Source: a virus (lineage: Duplodnaviria > Caudoviricetes). From it: 64,000 bases of DNA. Both the position numbers and the translations under genes were made by a program. Shown here in pieces: positions 58,964 through 64,000 of the stretch (its first letter is position 1; every line of letters starts with the position of its first letter). The notes under the pieces were generated by a model that was not told where the DNA came from, did not search any database, and worked only from the letters and a program-made list of their open reading frames with translations. Where the stretch lies: the IMG/VR virus record IMGVR_UViG_3300028591_000075, positions 64,001 through 128,000 of that record, one strand, 5' to 3'.

Positions 58964-60070
58964 GTGAAGGCTCGTAAGATAGCTGGTATTCGTCTCGTCA
59001 ACTACATTGAGGACGGGATTACGTGGAAGTCCCACAAGGACGTTATTCTGGATTTCTGGATTACCAAGAAATGCCAGGAGGCCGGCTATTCCCCTTTCCA
59101 GTTCCGCAACATGTTCCGCGTGGTGCAGCTTCCCACAGCCGCTCAGCAGAAGTATGAGGAATGGTTTAACCACTATGATTTCCAGAACGATACCGACAAG
59201 GACTGGCTGGACTTCGTAAATGGAACGTTAAACCTTTTCTATCATACGTCCGAGCCGAACATTGAGGCTGACGAAACCTGGTTCATTGACCTGATGCAGT
59301 CCGAGGTGGAGGCCCGCGACATCGTTACCGAACAGGTATATCACGGTAGCCCTAACCTCAACGCATTCTGGAAGATCGAAACCAATTCGAAGCCGGAAGA
59401 AGTCGGTGGCCGTCGTAACGGGTACATCTATGTCACCAAGCTGGCTGACCTGAAACCGGCTGATACGCAGGGGTATTACTGGGGAGTTATTTTCCAGTGC
59501 CCGGAAACGGTGAGCCTCGCATTCGATGACGGTGGTACCAAGCGCAGGAAGTGCATTTGCTGGGCGGCTGATGTCAACCACATGACCTTGGTGCGCATCG
59601 GCAGCGATGGACGACTGATGATTGTTCCCGTATTCGTCGAAGGTAAGACCTGGAAGGCCGACCGTTGGATTCCGGAAGGAAGCATCAACCAGAAGCCGAT
59701 GTCCAGCGCGGGGCTATTGAACTACATCAATCAGAATTTCCATCGCCTCTATGGTATCTGGGACCAGATTGATGACAAGGTCAAGAATGTCCGTGAACAG
59801 TCAACTGCTCGTCTTACTGCCGTGAACGTGATGAACGATGAAGAAATCAAGCTGTCAAGGGTCATTGGAAACCTCGACAAGTTCGTCCGCGAAGGTAATG
59901 TTCCCGATGAACGCCGCGAGTACAACAAGGAGGTTCGCCAGAACCTGATGAAGCGGTTGCGCGAAAGGGACAAGGAAGCCAGGGCACAGGTCAGGGAAAT
60001 TGCCAAGGCCGAAAAGCGCAAGGACAAGAACGAACGGTCGAAAATCAATCCTACCATTACCGCAAACTAA
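58964..60070 (+). CDS. Hypothetical protein
   Basis: AGGAG SD, GTG start. Confidence 0.8.
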   Translation: MKARKIAGIRLVNYIEDGITWKSHKDVILDFWITKKCQEAGYSPFQFRNMFRVVQLPTAAQQKYEEWFNHYDFQNDTDKDWLDFVNGTLNLFYHTSEPNIEADETWFIDLMQSEVEARDIVTEQVYHGSPNLNAFWKIETNSKPEEVGGRRNGYIYVTKLADLKPADTQGYYWGVIFQCPETVSLAFDDGGTKRRKCICWAADVNHMTLVRIGSDGRLMIVPVFVEGKTWKADRWIPEGSINQKPMSSAGLLNYINQNFHRLYGIWDQIDDKVKNVREQSTARLTAVNVMNDEEIKLSRVIGNLDKFVREGNVPDERREYNKEVRQNLMKRLRERDKEARAQVREIAKAEKRKDKNERSKINPTITAN

Positions 60071-60076
60071 AAAAAG

Positions 60077-60103
60077 AAAACCACCGGAGAACCGGTGGTT
60101 TTT
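60077..60103. terminator. Intrinsic terminator
   Basis: aaaaccaccgg-agaa-ccggtggtttt. Confidence 0.85.
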
Positions 60104-60108
60104 AAGTT

Positions 60109-60415
60109 GGCTGTGTGCCCCCAAAGTATTGCTAGAATAATCCAGATTAACTCCAAGAGGCACTCCATAAACTGATTCGGCGTTCAACACGTGAACGCCT
60201 AACACCGTAAGTTCAAGGATTTTATTAGGCAGTTCTGCGGGCTCGCAACCAAGTATCTGGACAACTATCTCGCATGGCTAAACATCCTACACGTCAACGG
60301 GGATTCCGTAGGAAAGGAAACCCGTTTAGGCAAGATTTGGGCTAGGATGGTGTACCTGCGGAGTCACAGGACTTTCGCCATGCGTCCGGCGATTCCTCTG
60401 GCCGTTGCTGCTTAA
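60109..60415 (+). pseudogene. IS1595-family transposase C-terminal remnant
   Basis: Frame 60140-60415 reads IQINSKRHSIN*FGVQHVNA*HRKFKDFIRQFCGLATKYLDNYLAWL, matching IS1595 HxQxVNxYH..K....F.GVATKYLxNYL.W; two internal stops. Confidence 0.8.
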
Positions 60416-60419
60416 TGTG

Positions 60420-60878
60420 CTAATTGTCTTCTTCTACCTCGAAGTCTGAAATAGCTGCAGAAATTACTTTCTTTCCTGCAGCAACAGCATTTGGATAGGA
60501 TTTTGAAATATAAAGAACGTCCTCGTATATGTCACGGAACGGTAGTTTGAGTTTGTCATATTTTTCAGCCAGACCGGAGCTTATCCGTTTGTCGTATCCA
60601 GTGCTGCGAGTATCCAATAAGCCAACTGCGGCATATTCAGCATCACTCAACGGTGTACCGTCGTCAGCTTTGTCAATGATATATTCTATCACGGCGGTTA
60701 GATAGTGTGAATCACCGGATGCATTAAACATAGATTCCAGTTTAGCCTTGGTATAGATGACGTTCGATGCCTCACAGAAAGCTTGGAAACCTTCTTGAAG
60801 AATAGGCAGCATATCCATGTGGCCGGATATCTTGCATACACTTTCAAGGAAGGTATTGAATTTTTGTTCTGATTTCAT
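60420..60878 (-). CDS. Hypothetical protein with N-terminal E-A module; AT-richer than neighbours
   Basis: AGGAG SD; FLESVCKIS..EGFQAFCEAS. Confidence 0.8.
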   Translation of the reverse strand: MKSEQKFNTFLESVCKISGHMDMLPILQEGFQAFCEASNVIYTKAKLESMFNASGDSHYLTAVIEYIIDKADDGTPLSDAEYAAVGLLDTRSTGYDKRISSGLAEKYDKLKLPFRDIYEDVLYISKSYPNAVAAGKKVISAAISDFEVEEDN

Positions 60879-60891
60879 TGGTTGTCTCCTG

Positions 60892-61680
60892 TTAAATATC
60901 TAATGTTTCCAAATCACCGTCCGCATCGGCAGTATTGGTTTCCTCACTTGTACCGCCTTCCTCGGCTACCGGTTCGGTACCGACTTCTGTTTCATTACCT
61001 TCTTCTGAGGTGCCTTCCGTAGCACCTTCCTCGGGAGCCGGTTCCTCGGCAGCCCAGTCATCCGGGTTCAGTTCGTTTCCGGAAGTATCTAGTTCGGAAC
61101 TGCCGAAGCCCATCGCGGTTTCATCAAAGCCGTTCGGGTCGGTTGTGGTAATGTCATCGCCAAGCGCATCGAAGGAACCGCTTACCATGGCATCGGAAAT
61201 TTCCTTATCGACGGTAGCTTCCTGGGGGAGTCCATCATCGCCGCTAATGCCGAATACGTTGACGCCTTGGGCTTCATGCGGGTTAGCCCCGACCTTCTGG
61301 CGGAGTTGCTCGGCCACCGTGCTGGACTGGGAGGCTTCGACAAGAACTTCCTTGAACAACTTGGTAGCGGTCTCGGCCAGCACCTGCGGACAGTCGAAGG
61401 AATTAACAAACTTGGCGTAGAAGCCCATCATGGATTCATATTTGGCGGAAACGGGCTTTCCGGCCAGTGCGCGGTCGCATGACTTTACCCATCCTTCGGC
61501 ACGTTCGCCATATACTTCAATTTGGTTCCGTAGGTCAGCGAGCTGGTCAAGCTGTTCCTGGGACAGACTGCCATTGTCGTGCTCCATCCACAGTAGCGCG
61601 TCAATCTGATCGACGAGACCGGAATACCTGGTTTCGGTATTGTCCGGTTCTCCGAATGCATTTTTATTGTCAAGTGGCAT
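60892..61680 (-). CDS. Acidic hypothetical protein with E-A module
   Basis: TATAAGTC variant upstream; LAETATKLFKEVLVEAS. Confidence 0.8.
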   Translation of the reverse strand: MPLDNKNAFGEPDNTETRYSGLVDQIDALLWMEHDNGSLSQEQLDQLADLRNQIEVYGERAEGWVKSCDRALAGKPVSAKYESMMGFYAKFVNSFDCPQVLAETATKLFKEVLVEASQSSTVAEQLRQKVGANPHEAQGVNVFGISGDDGLPQEATVDKEISDAMVSGSFDALGDDITTTDPNGFDETAMGFGSSELDTSGNELNPDDWAAEEPAPEEGATEGTSEEGNETEVGTEPVAEEGGTSEETNTADADGDLETLDI

Positions 61681-61771
61681 GGGATTCTCGCAATTTTTCT
61701 ACAGACTTATATCCAAAACGGTACATTTTTTGCTATATTTTCATAAAACAACAAAAACAGGAACTAGAACA

Positions 61772-62308
61772 ATGCCTAAGAACAAGCTCGAAATTACCGC
61801 CATCGGTACCCTCATGTCCATGGCCCCGACCGTCGTCAAGGACACTACCGTCACCAAGTTCAAGTTGAAGATTACCGGTACTTCCGATTCCAAGGAAATG
61901 GCCGAAGTCCTCGAAAATACTTTCGGTGTCGAGGACATCAACATCCGCTTCCCGCTGGGCAGCGTAAAGGCCGACCTCCGTGATTACGGCGTGTTCATCA
62001 AGGTCGATTTCGGGACCGAACTGGAACACCTGGTCACGTTCTCCGGCATTGCCAATACGGCGACCTTCACCCATACCCGCAAGAATACCGGTGATGGTGT
62101 CGAAGAGAACATGACGTGCACAATCGACGGCATCAAGAACCGCGACGAAGCGAACGATGTTCTGGAAGAATGGATCAAGCGCAAGGAAACAAATCCGCAG
62201 ACCGGCAAGAAGGTGCTCATTCCTATCAAGCTGGAAATCCATTCCCTTGACGAAAACCCGGTCGTGTTTACCCCGATTGCAGATACTGACGAAGAAGGCG
62301 AAGACTAA
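61772..62308 (+). CDS. Hypothetical protein
   Basis: Start MPKNK after TTGCTATATT and AGGA. Confidence 0.8.
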   Translation: MPKNKLEITAIGTLMSMAPTVVKDTTVTKFKLKITGTSDSKEMAEVLENTFGVEDINIRFPLGSVKADLRDYGVFIKVDFGTELEHLVTFSGIANTATFTHTRKNTGDGVEENMTCTIDGIKNRDEANDVLEEWIKRKETNPQTGKKVLIPIKLEIHSLDENPVVFTPIADTDEEGED

Positions 62309-62309
62309 G

Positions 62310-62335
62310 AAAGGTGGTCATTTGACCACCCTTCC
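62310..62335. terminator. Hairpin between convergent genes
   Basis: ggtggtca-tt-tgaccacc. Confidence 0.55.
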
Positions 62336-62336
62336 C

Positions 62337-62594
62337 TTAAATGAACCGTCTTGTCAGTGGGTTAGTGCATAGCACCGCCACCGACAGTTTCTTTTTCTGA
62401 CTGGGCCTGATACGGATGCGCTTCTTCGGAGGCACGGGGGTCTTCGGTACCGGCGCAGCAGTCTTTGGCGCCACAGGCTTCTGTGGTGCCGTTTCGTTTT
62501 GAACCTGGGGCGTTTCGGTCACAACCGGTTCGATGACATCGGGATTGATGTCGATTTTTTCGGTTTCGGTAGTATTTTTATTCTTGCGTGCCAT
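62337..62594 (-). CDS. Small basic/Pro-rich hypothetical protein (leaderless)
   Basis: TATAAACT ends 7 nt before the ATG. Confidence 0.7.
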   Translation of the reverse strand: MARKNKNTTETEKIDINPDVIEPVVTETPQVQNETAPQKPVAPKTAAPVPKTPVPPKKRIRIRPSQKKKLSVAVLCTNPLTRRFI

Positions 62595-62668
62595 AAAATG
62601 CAGTTTATATAACCCGAATGATGTAGTTTTCCTGCAGATACCTGAAAACTTAATCCTAGGAGTTAAAA

Positions 62669-63184
62669 ATGTCAGGAGAAGCTATCATTACCCTTATCGC
62701 GGTCGCCGTCATATTTGTCGTATTCGGCATTCCGCTCTACGTGGTTCGTCGCCGCAACCGCATCCAGGTTGAAGAGCCCGAACAGGAACAGCTCAGCGTG
62801 GGAGCCACTCCGGTGAACGATGCCGGTCCGCAGCTCACACAGGAACCGGCCATTACGTCCGGTCCAATCGCAGTGGATCCGAACCCGGTTCCTCCTGTGA
62901 AGCCAGCCCGTAGGCGTGTTGAAAAGAAGGCCACGGCTTCCCCGGTCGCTGAAAAGAAGACTGCCCGCCGCAGCAAGCCGAAGACCGACATTCCCAGCAA
63001 GGAACTCAAAAAGGCATTGAAGGAAGTTGCCGACATGGACAAGGCCAAGCCGGTTCTTTCCAAGGAATTTGCCTTGAAGCACGGGCTCAAATTGGATGAA
63101 AAGAAGACCAAGACCACCAAGAAGACTACCAAGTCCACCAAGACGTCCAAGAAGTCTGCTCCGAAATCCAAGAAGAGCAAGTAA
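62669..63184 (+). CDS. Membrane-anchored Lys-rich protein
   Basis: N-terminal TM helix followed by RRRNR; histone H1-like K/T/S tail; AGGAG SD. Confidence 0.8.
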   Translation: MSGEAIITLIAVAVIFVVFGIPLYVVRRRNRIQVEEPEQEQLSVGATPVNDAGPQLTQEPAITSGPIAVDPNPVPPVKPARRRVEKKATASPVAEKKTARRSKPKTDIPSKELKKALKEVADMDKAKPVLSKEFALKHGLKLDEKKTKTTKKTTKSTKTSKKSAPKSKKSK

Positions 63185-63211
63185 GCCATTTCCCATATAC
63201 CTCACTGAGGT

Positions 63212-63236
63212 AGGGGCGCCTTCGGGCGCCCCTTTT
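63212..63236 (+). terminator. Intrinsic terminator
   Basis: aggggcgcc-TTCG-ggcgcccct+TTT. Confidence 0.85.
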
Positions 63237-63269
63237 CCTATAAACTGGAACCTGTAGAGGAAGAACGAC

Positions 63270-64000
63270 ATGGAACTGAGACATAGGCAATTCATCAACT
63301 CGCTTGTTTCGCTTGCTAACGAGAGCAATCGACCGCTTATTGAATGCGCAATCAAGGAATACGTGGTGCTGGAAGGCACCGGCAATTTCTTCAACCGCGC
63401 CAAGGCCCTTGCTGGCAACCTGAAAAACAAGATTGCTGGCTTTGCCGGTGACTCCAAGCAGGCTTATGCCAATACCCATCAGCCGCAGCAATCCCAGCCG
63501 CAGCAGTCGAAAGGAAGCACCTCTGGTCTCAAACAGCGCGAATTTACTCCTCAGCAGCAGAAGGCCAGGGAGTACCTTATTGACAATGACCGCAAAACCT
63601 GGGAGCATGACTACAATCGTTTCTTGCAGGCATGTGATGACATTACCTATTTCTTGAAAACATACGGAAACCGCGAATTCAACCTGATGCGCCAGACACC
63701 CGATTTCAAGAAAGCCGAGAAGCGCGGAACCTTGATGGATGACTATATCAGGGTAAACCCCCAAAAAATTCGCGACGAACACCGTTCTGCATACAGGAAC
63801 ATCATGGACTCGGTATGCAAGATCAGTCCGCAACATCGTGCCCTCGTTGAATCCATATTGTCAATCTATGACATTACCGAAGGTGTTACCCGTCATCGTA
63901 TAATCCCGCTGTGCGAATCCAGCAACAGGGATTATGCGCTTTCTCAGTTGAAGAATGACATGGCCATGGTCGAAGTGTTCGTTACTCGACATGGTATTTA
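63270..64000 (+). CDS. Hypothetical protein (incomplete) with two E-G modules
   Basis: TATAAACT at 63239, GAGG SD, MELRHRQFINSL...; open to the window end; missing from the ORF track. Confidence 0.8.
   Translation, partial: MELRHRQFINSLVSLANESNRPLIECAIKEYVVLEGTGNFFNRAKALAGNLKNKIAGFAGDSKQAYANTHQPQQSQPQQSKGSTSGLKQREFTPQQQKAREYLIDNDRKTWEHDYNRFLQACDDITYFLKTYGNREFNLMRQTPDFKKAEKRGTLMDDYIRVNPQKIRDEHRSAYRNIMDSVCKISPQHRALVESILSIYDITEGVTRHRIIPLCESSNRDYALSQLKNDMAMVEVFVTRHGI

Noticed and set aside
60166-60173. CATAAACT as a late promoter
   Set aside because: Lies inside the IS remnant with no intact downstream gene; likely chance.
1-64000. Stop-codon reassignment
   Set aside because: Conserved genes are full length under the standard code; TAA, TAG and TGA all end genes at sensible positions.
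1-64000. tRNA, rRNA, integrase or att sites; naming a host
   Set aside because: None recognised. Composition resembles Fibrobacter-like genomes by impression only, which is not enough to assign a host.

Overview
A 64-kb segment of a large T4-like (myovirus) phage genome that uses the standard genetic code; the host is unknown. It carries recombination and replication genes (UvsW, RNase H, gp46/gp47, clamp loader gp44/gp62, a UvsY-like gene) interleaved with tail and baseplate genes (sheath, tube, gp26/gp51-, gp48-, gp53-, gp27- and gp5-like, gp4). There are many hypothetical genes, including a >2000-aa gene at <2-6007 (-) that the ORF track missed, and one IS1595 remnant. No tRNA, rRNA or CRISPR array was seen. 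The main observations are: (1) a compact winged-helix + family-A polymerase-fold gene with a pseudoknotted 5' leader and an adjacent pair of ~135-bp direct repeats, a candidate initiator/primase-origin module; (2) a phased array of DnaA-box-like 9-mers after uvsW; (3) a ~30-aa helical module ending in E-[S/G/A], repeated in at least 8 otherwise unrelated late proteins, a candidate capsid-targeting and cleavage tag; (4) three promoter motif classes, with several leaderless genes; (5) a dispersed set of sugar-enzyme folds, most with eroded catalytic motifs; (6) a candidate +1 frameshift in the tail-chaperone gene. All product calls come from motif recognition by eye; no database searches were run.
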